Shown here piece after piece: positions 44,066-53,260 of a DNA stretch of 64,000 nucleotides. Numbering within the stretch: the first letter of the stretch is position 1; each line of letters opens with the position of its first letter. The stretch is taken from IMG/VR virus record IMGVR_UViG_3300037297_000066, positions 372,001-436,000 of that record; one strand, 5' to 3'. Below the pieces are notes generated by a model. That model did not search any database and had not been told where the DNA came from. It was given only the letters and a program-made list of their open reading frames with translations. The translations under genes and the position numbers were made by a program.

Positions 44066-46375
44066 ATGGCCAATTGGCAGTCGTTCGTCATCCAGGTACC
44101 CGGCAAGGACGTTCTTGAACCAGTCAGGAATGTCCTAGAGACGCTACTCATTTACCTGGAGATCCTGAAGGCTATCCTAGACACCATCAAAGCGGCCCTG
44201 ATTGACTTCGGAAACCCGATCAAGGAACTCATCGAGGCCCTTCTTAGACTCATCGAAGAGCTTCTGCAATCTCTGAAAGCCACGGGTGTTTTCGCCTATT
44301 TCGACGTGCCTGATCCGTTGGTAGACCCCAACTTTGACGCCTACCATGGGGGCTTCCCAGCTTTCACTACTCGCTGGAAAGGTTCTTTGCTGGATTCTCA
44401 GGATCCGAATCGTCCCCAACCCAGAGCAGGTACCAAGAGTGGTTTCGTCATCCTTCTAGTGGATGCTTCTGATCCTTTCACGTTGCTGAATCGGTTGAAG
44501 AACCTTCTTCGCTTTTTCAGCAAGGAGTTCACTGCTCCTCGCTATGCCGCACCAGCCAACTTCCGAGCTGTACCGGTTGGCTCGGATGGGGATCCAATTC
44601 TGGCAGTGGCTAGCATGTTCGATAGTGAGATCGAAGCTATCGAGGTCATGTGGACGCTGCCTACTTCTCAAGAGGTTCCTGATCCGGGCTTCCAAGACGT
44701 CGTAAGCAAGGTGGCTCACGAGTTTGTTCCCCCTACCTTCTTGCTGGAACGCTCCAACATTGCTCCTAGCCGGGACCTTGATGCCACGCTACGGGGGTCT
44801 GACGGGAATCCGACTTCGGGCGTCGTTGACCAAGACATCATGCGTTCGGAGGACGATGCTGGGAAGGTAGTTTTCAGCAATGCTCAGAGCTTTGCCTTTG
44901 CCCGGGATGAGGTGGGTTACTCGATAGAGCCCCTTAAGGATGAGAATGGGGACCAGGTCCTGAAGTTCCAGAAGTACATCAAGATCGATCCCACTGATGT
45001 AGCCGCTATCTTTGGCCAGTTGGGAACTTTCCGGTACTTGGACTCGGACATCGAAAGGGATGTCACCTACTACTACCGGGTGCGAGCCTATTCAGGGGAT
45101 TTGGACATCGATGAGACGGCCAATATGGTTCGTTTCCCAGGCAGTCTTGAAGCTGGCGGAGCTTCCGGTAGAGGGGACTACTTCTTGCGGTGGCCTTCGA
45201 CCAGCGGGGGGGTAGTCACCATGGGAGAGCCCACGAGCATCGTGTCGGCTATCGTGCCTACGGTGCCCGAGGACTTCAACGTCATCGAGACTTTGAGAAG
45301 GTTGTTTCAGGCGGCTTTCTCTCTGGATTTCCACCTTCCTTTGGAGGCCAATGCCACCTTCGATGACAACGGACTGCCTACAGGTAGTACCGAGTCTTTG
45401 CAAGTGGGGCGAGGGTCTTTGCAGGACTATGCAGGTATTGTAGCTACGCTCTTTGCTTTGGGCAGCATTGAGGAATCTGGAGAAGCTCTAGGGCTGACTG
45501 AGGCAACCGCTGTCCCCAGGACGGAAGCAGAGATCTTGGAGGACATCGGAGAGGCGACGGCCAATCGTTCTTCCATCAGCTACCCTTGGCAGAACTTCGT
45601 ATTGAGAAGGCACTCTGCTCGGCTGGCGGACACGGTAGCTTCTGCCATGCTGGAGGCTTCTCATGTGGGGGCGGCTGGCAACTTCCAGGCCATCATGGAA
45701 GGTTCTTGGCCCAAGACTCCCATCCCCGACATCGACGTGACGGTGGATGGTGTAACTAGACCAGCCCAGAATATTCGGGAGCTGGTCTATGCGATGACGG
45801 GAACGGAAGACGATCCCAATCAATCAGCTGCCTACAATGCGCTCTATCCGGGGATAGCTACCGAAGAGTCCATCCGAGTCTACTTCCGGTCCTATGACAA
45901 CACAGCTCCTCGGATCAACATCTTGGCAGCCGTCAAGTTCATACTCTCTTTTACCTTGGGAGGGGTGCCCCCGGATTGGGAAGCGGTGGTCCCTTTGCGG
46001 GACATCATCCCGTGGTCAGGGCAGTACATCTACGACCTTCTTGAGCTCATCCGTAAACTGATTGCGGCCTATGAAGGGATCATCCAGGAGATCAACAACT
46101 TCATTGAGCTGCTGGAACGGAAGATTGATGCTCTGGAACGGCTCATCCAGTTCCTGATCGACATCTTGAACATCATCGAGAGTTTGCAGGTGGGTGCCTA
46201 CATGCTCAGTGCCAGCGGCCTCAGTGGGGACGTTTCCACCTGGTTGGACGTGATAGACAACGCTGGAGGGGACATTCCTCCTTCGGGGCCGGGGGGCTAT
46301 TCGGCCGGCGTTTCGTTTGCTTACGTGGCGGTAGATGTAGCCGCCTTTGAGGAAGCATTTTCGATCATCTTCTAG
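44066..46375 (+). CDS. Baseplate-region protein with amphipathic helical ends and FN3-like core
   Basis: Leu/Ile-rich helices at both ends; YYYRVRAY. Confidence 0.6.
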   Translation: MANWQSFVIQVPGKDVLEPVRNVLETLLIYLEILKAILDTIKAALIDFGNPIKELIEALLRLIEELLQSLKATGVFAYFDVPDPLVDPNFDAYHGGFPAFTTRWKGSLLDSQDPNRPQPRAGTKSGFVILLVDASDPFTLLNRLKNLLRFFSKEFTAPRYAAPANFRAVPVGSDGDPILAVASMFDSEIEAIEVMWTLPTSQEVPDPGFQDVVSKVAHEFVPPTFLLERSNIAPSRDLDATLRGSDGNPTSGVVDQDIMRSEDDAGKVVFSNAQSFAFARDEVGYSIEPLKDENGDQVLKFQKYIKIDPTDVAAIFGQLGTFRYLDSDIERDVTYYYRVRAYSGDLDIDETANMVRFPGSLEAGGASGRGDYFLRWPSTSGGVVTMGEPTSIVSAIVPTVPEDFNVIETLRRLFQAAFSLDFHLPLEANATFDDNGLPTGSTESLQVGRGSLQDYAGIVATLFALGSIEESGEALGLTEATAVPRTEAEILEDIGEATANRSSISYPWQNFVLRRHSARLADTVASAMLEASHVGAAGNFQAIMEGSWPKTPIPDIDVTVDGVTRPAQNIRELVYAMTGTEDDPNQSAAYNALYPGIATEESIRVYFRSYDNTAPRINILAAVKFILSFTLGGVPPDWEAVVPLRDIIPWSGQYIYDLLELIRKLIAAYEGIIQEINNFIELLERKIDALERLIQFLIDILNIIESLQVGAYMLSASGLSGDVSTWLDVIDNAGGDIPPSGPGGYSAGVSFAYVAVDVAAFEEAFSIIF

Positions 46376-46380
46376 TAGGC

Positions 46381-47175
46381 ATGGCTCACGACACGTATCT
46401 CGGGACCTTCAACCAGGCGCAGTTCGAACGCTTTCTGGAGTTCGCCCGCAGTCAGCTGTCCTTGATTGAGGCCAGGCAGGCCCATCTAGCGGCAGAGATG
46501 ACCCGGGTGGGGGTAGTAGTTTTCACGTACTCTTCAAATGGAGTTCCGACAGGCTACTCGGCCGATCCTTCTACCTCATACCTGGCGAAGCTTCTGGCGG
46601 CCTATGAGGTGCTCGGAGGCAATCCCTTCATTGACCTGAGAGCTCGGGTCAAAACGACCCCTGTGTTCGTGGTGGCAGGGGATGAGAACGTGTCTCCTAA
46701 CCTCATGTCGAGTGGTGACGTGATCGCCCAGAAAGGGCTTTCTGATGCCACGACGGCACAGCTGATGCGCCAGGCCCGGAGCTGGCTGGATGAGACCCTG
46801 TGGAGTCGGTCAGGGCGCCTAGAGAGGCGTATCAGGAGAGCTCTGGACTACTACGATGCTCTTCAGGAGGAGTTGGATCATCTGACGGTCATTCAGCAGG
46901 CCGTGACTACCAAGGGGAGTTTGGAGGAGGTAGCAGCCCAAATCTCAGTGTGGATCAATGACCCGAGCTATTTAGCTGTTTTGCCTTTGTCGGCAGAGAT
47001 AGACGCCTACGGTTTCCAGAATCATGCTCCCGAAGCCCCTTATGCCCCACCTGTAATGACCACTCCGGATGGGCAATCCCTCACGAACCCCAATGCTGTG
47101 GGTCGTGTGGCCGGAGTGGAGGGTACCCAGAAGTATTCTGGCGGTATTGCAGAACCAGGACAGAACCAAGGATGA
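46381..47175 (+). CDS. Hypothetical baseplate-region protein
   Basis: 264 aa, coiled-coil segments, coupled to the next gene. Confidence 0.55.
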   Translation: MAHDTYLGTFNQAQFERFLEFARSQLSLIEARQAHLAAEMTRVGVVVFTYSSNGVPTGYSADPSTSYLAKLLAAYEVLGGNPFIDLRARVKTTPVFVVAGDENVSPNLMSSGDVIAQKGLSDATTAQLMRQARSWLDETLWSRSGRLERRIRRALDYYDALQEELDHLTVIQQAVTTKGSLEEVAAQISVWINDPSYLAVLPLSAEIDAYGFQNHAPEAPYAPPVMTTPDGQSLTNPNAVGRVAGVEGTQKYSGGIAEPGQNQG

Positions 47176-48311
47176 GTTTCGACCGAAAGATCGATCAGGT
47201 ATGTCCCCACGAGGTGGTGGCAGAGCCCTTGTATTTGAGCACCGACAGGCAGACGGTTCGCCCACTTCGTCCTATCGGCTCATTTCGGTCTGTTCGGTTG
47301 CGGCTCAATGGCTTGATCGAGGTTCCAAGCGAAGGGGTACACATAGCTGCCAGGGCTATGGGTTCTAGACGGGGGCCCTTCAACATCACTTCTGGTGTCA
47401 ACGACTCGATGGTAGTGCAGGTGAATCAGGGAGACGAGCAGATACTCACGGCTCCTCCTGGCAATAGTATCCCAGCCTCTAACCTAGTTTCTGCACTGAA
47501 CCAGCAAATCAGCAAAGCTCGTTTTGAGGTCTTCAACGAGACCCTTCAGCTGAAGTCCGAAGCTATAGGCCCTTACGCCAGCCTCTTCATTGGTTCGTCA
47601 GGTAGTTTGGCTACTACTTTGGGGCTCACTCAGAATCGCCTGTGGCGTGGCGTCCAAACAGTGCCCGGTTGGTCATTGGTGAACCTGCCAGGGGCGCTTC
47701 CTGATCGACCCCTTCGTCTTGTTCTGTTTGACGAGAAGCTCAAAGGCTTTTCGGACTACGTGGAGTTGGATTACGCCACTATTCGGCAAGAGTGTCGTCG
47801 TTGTGGAGGAGTGGGGGTAGAGAACGACTGGCGCTACACTCAGCAAGGAAATACTGTCGAGGTTCGAGACGAGGCTCTTTTGATCCAGGAGATCCTCAAG
47901 TTCACCTACACAGTCAAAGGTTCCAACCGATTCCATGGCTGGTACGGAACTAGCGTCTTGACGGTGGTGGGACAGAAGTTGTCGAACGGGGGCTTGGTTC
48001 AGAACATCCTTTCATCTGAGTTGCAGGAAGGGTTTCGTCGTTGGCAGAACATCAAGAAGCAGCAGGAAGAGACCGTGGGGCAAGAGGTCTCTGACGCTGA
48101 GTATCCTCTAGCAATCTCTGCCGTCAACGTCGAGCAGAGCACGGAAGATCCAACGGTCATTTACGTTGGAACCACCGTCATCAATCGTTCTCGGCAACCT
48201 ATTCAGATAGAGCGAGGAGTCAGAGTCCCAGAACCTTTGGACCTACTTGGATCAACAGCGCAAGAAGGTGTGATTCGTCAGTCTCTCAGTGGCTACTCTC
48301 GTATCGGGTAA
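47172..48311 (+). CDS. gp25-like sheath initiator/wedge protein with extra domains
   Basis: C-terminal LLIQEILK...T.KGSN.FHGWYGT...Q...AE is gp25-like; CPH and CRRC ligands; sheath-like FNITSGVND domain. Confidence 0.7.
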   Translation: MSFDRKIDQVCPHEVVAEPLYLSTDRQTVRPLRPIGSFRSVRLRLNGLIEVPSEGVHIAARAMGSRRGPFNITSGVNDSMVVQVNQGDEQILTAPPGNSIPASNLVSALNQQISKARFEVFNETLQLKSEAIGPYASLFIGSSGSLATTLGLTQNRLWRGVQTVPGWSLVNLPGALPDRPLRLVLFDEKLKGFSDYVELDYATIRQECRRCGGVGVENDWRYTQQGNTVEVRDEALLIQEILKFTYTVKGSNRFHGWYGTSVLTVVGQKLSNGGLVQNILSSELQEGFRRWQNIKKQQEETVGQEVSDAEYPLAISAVNVEQSTEDPTVIYVGTTVINRSRQPIQIERGVRVPEPLDLLGSTAQEGVIRQSLSGYSRIG

Positions 48312-48320
48312 GTCTTTGGT

Positions 48321-48351
48321 CTCTGCTGGTGAGCCGCAGAGCTGGCTTTGT
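48321..48351 (+). terminator. Possible terminator hairpin
   Basis: CTCTGC-t-GG-tgag-CC-GCAGAG followed by ctggctttgt; weak U-tract. Confidence 0.3.
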
Positions 48352-48429
48352 TAGAACTCATTTCTCCCTGAAAGAATCTATGTCAACCCAAAATTATCCT
48401 TTTTGAGGGAAAGCCTCGGGTAAGCAACG

Positions 48430-51400
48430 ATGGCTACAGCACCACAGATCAATCTCAGAGACGGCTCGGGCACATCCCAGACGATTGAGTACTCCACCAA
48501 CATGGAGTTCGCTACGATCGAGGGGACCATCGATACCACTACGGTGGATCTTCAGGTGTCTGTCAATGGGTCTGCCTTTGTTTCTGACCCCACCCTGGTG
48601 AAGTTGGATGCTCAGACCTTCATAGTACCCAACCCTGCTTCGTTGCCTGACGGGTTGTCTCTGGACATCGGTATAAACACGATCCAACTTCGTGCCATTG
48701 GTATTTCGGGGGACGTGAGTGCGGCTTCCACGGCTACCATTACTCGGCTCGAACCTACGGATGACGACGGTACCATTCCTTCGGGGATACGGGTTCGTAG
48801 GCACCGGAACTACATTGACATTCTTGTAGCTAAGCCACAGTTTTCAGCGGGCCTTACGCTTGACCTGGCTCAGTTGCCGCTTCAATTCAGAGGCTTCAAC
48901 ATCTACGCCTCAGCGGCACCAGGAGGGACCACAGGGTACTTCAAGGTCAATGAAAGCCTCCTGACTGAGGCAGGTACCTATGAGGAAGACACCAATACCA
49001 TCCAGCAGTACAGCACGGTATTTGAGCCTGAGGCTCAGTATGTTCGGGTGGTGGTGACTCAGGAAGACGAGTTTGGAAACGAGATTCACAGGAACCTTGA
49101 TTCCTCGTTCAGTGTGTTGGGTTACTCTAACGACCTTCGTTTCTCGGGTACTCTAGATAACCGAAAGTTGACGGAGTTCATCTCCTTTTCGCACAACCGT
49201 TCTGGGGGCGCCGGAATCATCAACAGTGATAGGTTCTTGAATGTTCAGTCTACTGACCCTCTTTACTACGTTGTCACGGCTGTCTACTACGATGCAGATC
49301 TGAACCGAGAGTTCGAAACCCCTTATTCTCAAGAGGTTTTGGGAGCGCCCTTAATCATTGACACTAACATCACCGATTTGCCTGGTAGAAATCAGCTTCA
49401 GATCATTACCAGTTTCGTGGATGATGTACAGAGGGTAAACCAGGAGATCAGTCTTCTGCCAGGGTCCACTACCCGAGATGTGAGCATCGACCCCTTCTCT
49501 AGTGAGGCCGAGCGTATTTGGTTCATCATCGACTTTGTTCACCGAAGTCAGTCTTTCGTAACCCTTCTTCAGATCGATGACTCCAACGGAGATGGGGTGT
49601 CGGATTTGGTGTCGGGAAGTGCTTACAAGACAGCTCTCAAAGCAGCCCTTGGGTACTCCACGGATTCGGCTGTTCAGCAGCTAATCGATGCTCAATTCGA
49701 TAAGCTGGCCAAGAATGTGCAGAAGACTCGCCTCCCTGGGCGTCAGGCGGTAGGGGAAGCGGTTTTCTACAAGGCGGTTCGTCCTACCGAAGACATTACC
49801 ATCGCCTCAGGTACGACAGTTTCTACTAACGCAGACTCTGCCTCAGGACTTGCTTCGGTCAGGTTTGTTGTGGGGGGCACCTACGTGATGGTGGCTGCTA
49901 ATGCAGACGCCTACTACAATTTCGACAACCAACGTTACGAGATCACAACCGACATTTCAGCGGAGACCATTGGAAGTGCCGGAAACCGTCCTGCAGGAAG
50001 CATCAAGAACGTTCAGGGTTCGGTAGGGGGTCTGCAGGTCACCAACGTAGAAGCAACGGTTTTCGGTAACAACCGGGAATCCAATGCAGCCTTAGCGGCT
50101 CGGGCTCAGCTTGGATTTGTCAGTGTGGATACGGGAACCGAAGGGGGCTATCAGTCTACCTCGGCCGAACAGACTGGAATCATCAAGAGCAAGATCGTCA
50201 AGAGTGGAGATCCTCTGATGATGAGGGATTGGGACGAGGTCCGAAAGAAGCACATTGGGGGCAAGGTAGATATCTGGATTCAGGGTCTGCGGGAGCGAAC
50301 TGTCACGGAAAGGTTTGCTTTCACCTTCGAGATCGCCCGAGACATTCGGTGTGAGATCATCGATTTGGCCAACCTCATTTTCCGAGTGCAAGACTCTCGG
50401 GTCACAGTTGATACCCCCATCATGGATATCCTGAACGACTCCGTTCACGGGTTGGGCGTCAGAAATGTTACTCTAGGCTTGGACTACGATCTGACGGGGG
50501 TGACTATCCTCGACTATGAAACCTTCCAGATCGACAATTCCATTCCTCAGCCGGCTACGGCTATCGACGACATCATCACTGCAGACTACCGTTTCCGATC
50601 CATCAACCAGTTCACCTTCAGCCTTCAGCCGGTACGTCGAGTGGTGTCCGTGGTGGGGACTGAGTCCGGGGCTCTGGACAACAGCTTGGGGTACGATCTG
50701 TACAAAACTGACGATCCCCTTCTGGATGGCGAAAGCACGATCGCTCAGAACTACTTGGTCATCAACCAAGTAGGAGGCATTCCTACAGGAGCTACGATCC
50801 CGGTCAACGGGGAAGAGCATGTGCTGATTGGGTTCTTCCAAGAACCTCTTGGAAGCGTAGGTATCAATACAGCGACCCTTCGAGTCTTCAGTGAGGACGG
50901 GCTTATCGAGTATGACGGCCCCTCTGCTTCCAGCCCGGATTACGAGATCGTTGAGGGAACCTCAACCACTCCCATCAAGATCGTTCGTACAGCTTCTTCG
51001 GCGATCCTCAGTGGTCAGACAGTCAGTGTGGACTACGACCACGACGAAAACTTCACAGTCACTTACGTGATCAACGATTTGGTGCAGGAGTTGCAACGCA
51101 CGGTGAACACTCGGCGACACACAACTGCCGATGTGCTGGTCAAGCAGGCTGTCGAAAATGAGCTGGACTTGGAGACTACCGTACAGCTCAAGCTGGGGGC
51201 CAAAAAGGACAAGGCTGATCCGGCCATTCGGTCAAGTGTCTCTATTGAGACCAACTCCAAGATCATTGGGGCAGGCTTGGCGCAATCTGACGTAATCCAG
51301 GCTGTAGACTCCACAGAGGGCGTTGACTTCCAAGTTCTACCCTTGGCCCAGATGGGATACTCCGATGGCTCCTTGAGGCTCAGAGAGGCCGTATTGAGCA

Positions 51401-51882
51401 GTTATGTGCCTCTCCCCTACTACAACACCGGGGCCAATCTGGTCTACCTCCTCACCAATCCACTGCAGTACCCCACCACAGATGGTGGAGGTCTCGAAGT
51501 GGAACACAAGGGGGTGTTCCAAGACGATGAGGCCATGCTCCTTGCTACCAGTCTTGCTGTCGTCAAGTTGAATGACTTCTCGGCTTGGATCATCGGGGAC
51601 GATGGGGCTGTCATTCCCGAATACTCTGACGATGCCACCCTTGTCAGTGAAGGTTTCACGGATCCTGATGACATCGAGACTGAGCGTCTTCGTAGGACGG
51701 CCAACCACATTGTGGTGTCTATCGCTGGAGGGGGAACTCCGGTGGATACCCCAGCGAACCACAGCTATGCCGTGAGCTATGTGGTGAGAAACGACAAGGG
51801 ACCTCACAACATCGTCAGCTCGGACGTGGAGCACTTGTCCATGGGCAACTTTACCCTCACTTGTAGGGAGGTCACGAGCTAA
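48430..51882 (+). CDS. Baseplate J/gp6-like wedge protein with N-terminal Ig/FN3 domains
   Basis: PGSTTRDV.IDP; FDKLAKN...R..GR.A.G...F; GSAGN; VTN.....G.NRESN..LA.R; GGKVDIWI. Confidence 0.85.
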   Translation: MATAPQINLRDGSGTSQTIEYSTNMEFATIEGTIDTTTVDLQVSVNGSAFVSDPTLVKLDAQTFIVPNPASLPDGLSLDIGINTIQLRAIGISGDVSAASTATITRLEPTDDDGTIPSGIRVRRHRNYIDILVAKPQFSAGLTLDLAQLPLQFRGFNIYASAAPGGTTGYFKVNESLLTEAGTYEEDTNTIQQYSTVFEPEAQYVRVVVTQEDEFGNEIHRNLDSSFSVLGYSNDLRFSGTLDNRKLTEFISFSHNRSGGAGIINSDRFLNVQSTDPLYYVVTAVYYDADLNREFETPYSQEVLGAPLIIDTNITDLPGRNQLQIITSFVDDVQRVNQEISLLPGSTTRDVSIDPFSSEAERIWFIIDFVHRSQSFVTLLQIDDSNGDGVSDLVSGSAYKTALKAALGYSTDSAVQQLIDAQFDKLAKNVQKTRLPGRQAVGEAVFYKAVRPTEDITIASGTTVSTNADSASGLASVRFVVGGTYVMVAANADAYYNFDNQRYEITTDISAETIGSAGNRPAGSIKNVQGSVGGLQVTNVEATVFGNNRESNAALAARAQLGFVSVDTGTEGGYQSTSAEQTGIIKSKIVKSGDPLMMRDWDEVRKKHIGGKVDIWIQGLRERTVTERFAFTFEIARDIRCEIIDLANLIFRVQDSRVTVDTPIMDILNDSVHGLGVRNVTLGLDYDLTGVTILDYETFQIDNSIPQPATAIDDIITADYRFRSINQFTFSLQPVRRVVSVVGTESGALDNSLGYDLYKTDDPLLDGESTIAQNYLVINQVGGIPTGATIPVNGEEHVLIGFFQEPLGSVGINTATLRVFSEDGLIEYDGPSASSPDYEIVEGTSTTPIKIVRTASSAILSGQTVSVDYDHDENFTVTYVINDLVQELQRTVNTRRHTTADVLVKQAVENELDLETTVQLKLGAKKDKADPAIRSSVSIETNSKIIGAGLAQSDVIQAVDSTEGVDFQVLPLAQMGYSDGSLRLREAVLSSYVPLPYYNTGANLVYLLTNPLQYPTTDGGGLEVEHKGVFQDDEAMLLATSLAVVKLNDFSAWIIGDDGAVIPEYSDDATLVSEGFTDPDDIETERLRRTANHIVVSIAGGGTPVDTPANHSYAVSYVVRNDKGPHNIVSSDVEHLSMGNFTLTCREVTS

Positions 51883-52694
51883 TGCCCCGCTTCATGTTTG
51901 ACCCAAATCGGGTCAACTACAGCATCCACAAGAAGGGCAAAGAGTACAATCTACTGGTTTTGCAGAGGGCTCAGTCCATTTTCTCGACCTTGCTAGACCT
52001 CCTTCCCAGCAACTGGATCAGTGGAGTGCAAGGCCCGAGCTACACACTGGAACTCAAGGCTGTTGCCGTAGAACTGGCCAAAATCGAGATAGCTCTGGAG
52101 GATGTGAATCGGGATATTTCCTTCGAGACCACTCGTAGTGAGTTCCTTCAGTCGATCGTGGGCTACCTGGTTTTCGTCAACGGCAAGATCCCTCCTATGG
52201 AGTATGACGACGTTGAATTTCGTCGTTTTCTCCTCACTCTCATTCGGATCTACTTTCAAGGTTCGATTCCGGAGGCTCTCAAGGACGCTGTAGACCTATT
52301 TTTGACCGAAGAGTCGGATTTCATAGAGAACTTTCTCCTGGTTCGGCAGGGGGCTTCTGGGTACGACATCAGCGATCAGTTCGGTTTTCAGGCGACAGTG
52401 GACACAGGCGGGGTGTTCCCGGAAAACGCTTTTGCCCTCCAGGCGGCTCTAGGAACCATCATGGACGTGATCCGGCCGGCCCATACGCTCTACCGGATTC
52501 GATACCTCTTCACCGATGACTACATCCCCAATGGGGACGATATCAACCGCATTTTGGACGAGAGTCGGTGGCGTTTGGCCTGCTACTACTACGAAGATTT
52601 TCGGACCTATTGTGCTGGGATCAAGGATCGGGACCGTTTGGGGCGGAAAACTAACCAGGCGGTGGTCGGGGAAGACCACAGTCAGGATTTCTAA
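51882..52694 (+). CDS. Baseplate wedge protein (gpI/gp7-like)
   Basis: DVEFRRFL...GSIPEAL...IRPAHT; coupled to baseplate J. Confidence 0.7.
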   Translation: MPRFMFDPNRVNYSIHKKGKEYNLLVLQRAQSIFSTLLDLLPSNWISGVQGPSYTLELKAVAVELAKIEIALEDVNRDISFETTRSEFLQSIVGYLVFVNGKIPPMEYDDVEFRRFLLTLIRIYFQGSIPEALKDAVDLFLTEESDFIENFLLVRQGASGYDISDQFGFQATVDTGGVFPENAFALQAALGTIMDVIRPAHTLYRIRYLFTDDYIPNGDDINRILDESRWRLACYYYEDFRTYCAGIKDRDRLGRKTNQAVVGEDHSQDF

Positions 52695-52729
52695 CGGTTT
52701 TATGGGCCCGCTAGAGAGCAGGAGGCCCT

Positions 52730-53248
52730 ATGCAGATCAAACTCCGAGCCCGAGCCCGAGTCCGGGTTCACCAAGAGCGCCCCTATTGCTACGACAAGAA
52801 GAGGGGTCTCTGGCTTTACCGGCAGGTAGGGGAGGATGAAGAGGCGGGAAACATCGTCACAAATGCGGGTTTGGTAGCTCTTCATACCTACATCTACGGG
52901 ACAACTGCTCAACGGACAGCCGGTGGTTTGAGTGGCACAGGATTCAATTACATCGCTTTGTCCAATGATGCCGCTGCTCCAGCAGCCTCTGACACATCCC
53001 TGACCGGGGAACTTTCTGGGGATGGTCTCACTCGGGCAGCAGGGTCGGTGACATTGCCCACGGGGGCAGGCACTGCCACTGAGATTTCCCATGCCTTTAC
53101 CTACACAGGGGTCTCTCAAGGAGTCCGTAAGACAGCTCTTTTTGACGACTCCTCTAGCGGGAAGATGGCGCATGAGATTCAGTTCACCCAGCGGGTTCTA
53201 GTCACCAACGACGTTCTGACGCTCACCTTCTCGATCACGATTTCCTAG
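52730..53248 (+). CDS. Small fibre-attachment/baseplate protein
   Basis: NIVTNAG...YIALS...DTSL.GEL...ALFD..S.G.M...D.LTLT is a typical fibre-proximal domain. Confidence 0.6.
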   Translation: MQIKLRARARVRVHQERPYCYDKKRGLWLYRQVGEDEEAGNIVTNAGLVALHTYIYGTTAQRTAGGLSGTGFNYIALSNDAAAPAASDTSLTGELSGDGLTRAAGSVTLPTGAGTATEISHAFTYTGVSQGVRKTALFDDSSSGKMAHEIQFTQRVLVTNDVLTLTFSITIS

Positions 53249-53260
53249 GGGCTCTAGTCA

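Noticed and set aside
8430-53248. eCIS, tailocin or T6SS
   Set aside because: No Afp15/ClpV ATPase or membrane complex is present, and neck-like genes and a long tape measure favour a phage. Not fully excluded, because head genes are outside the window.
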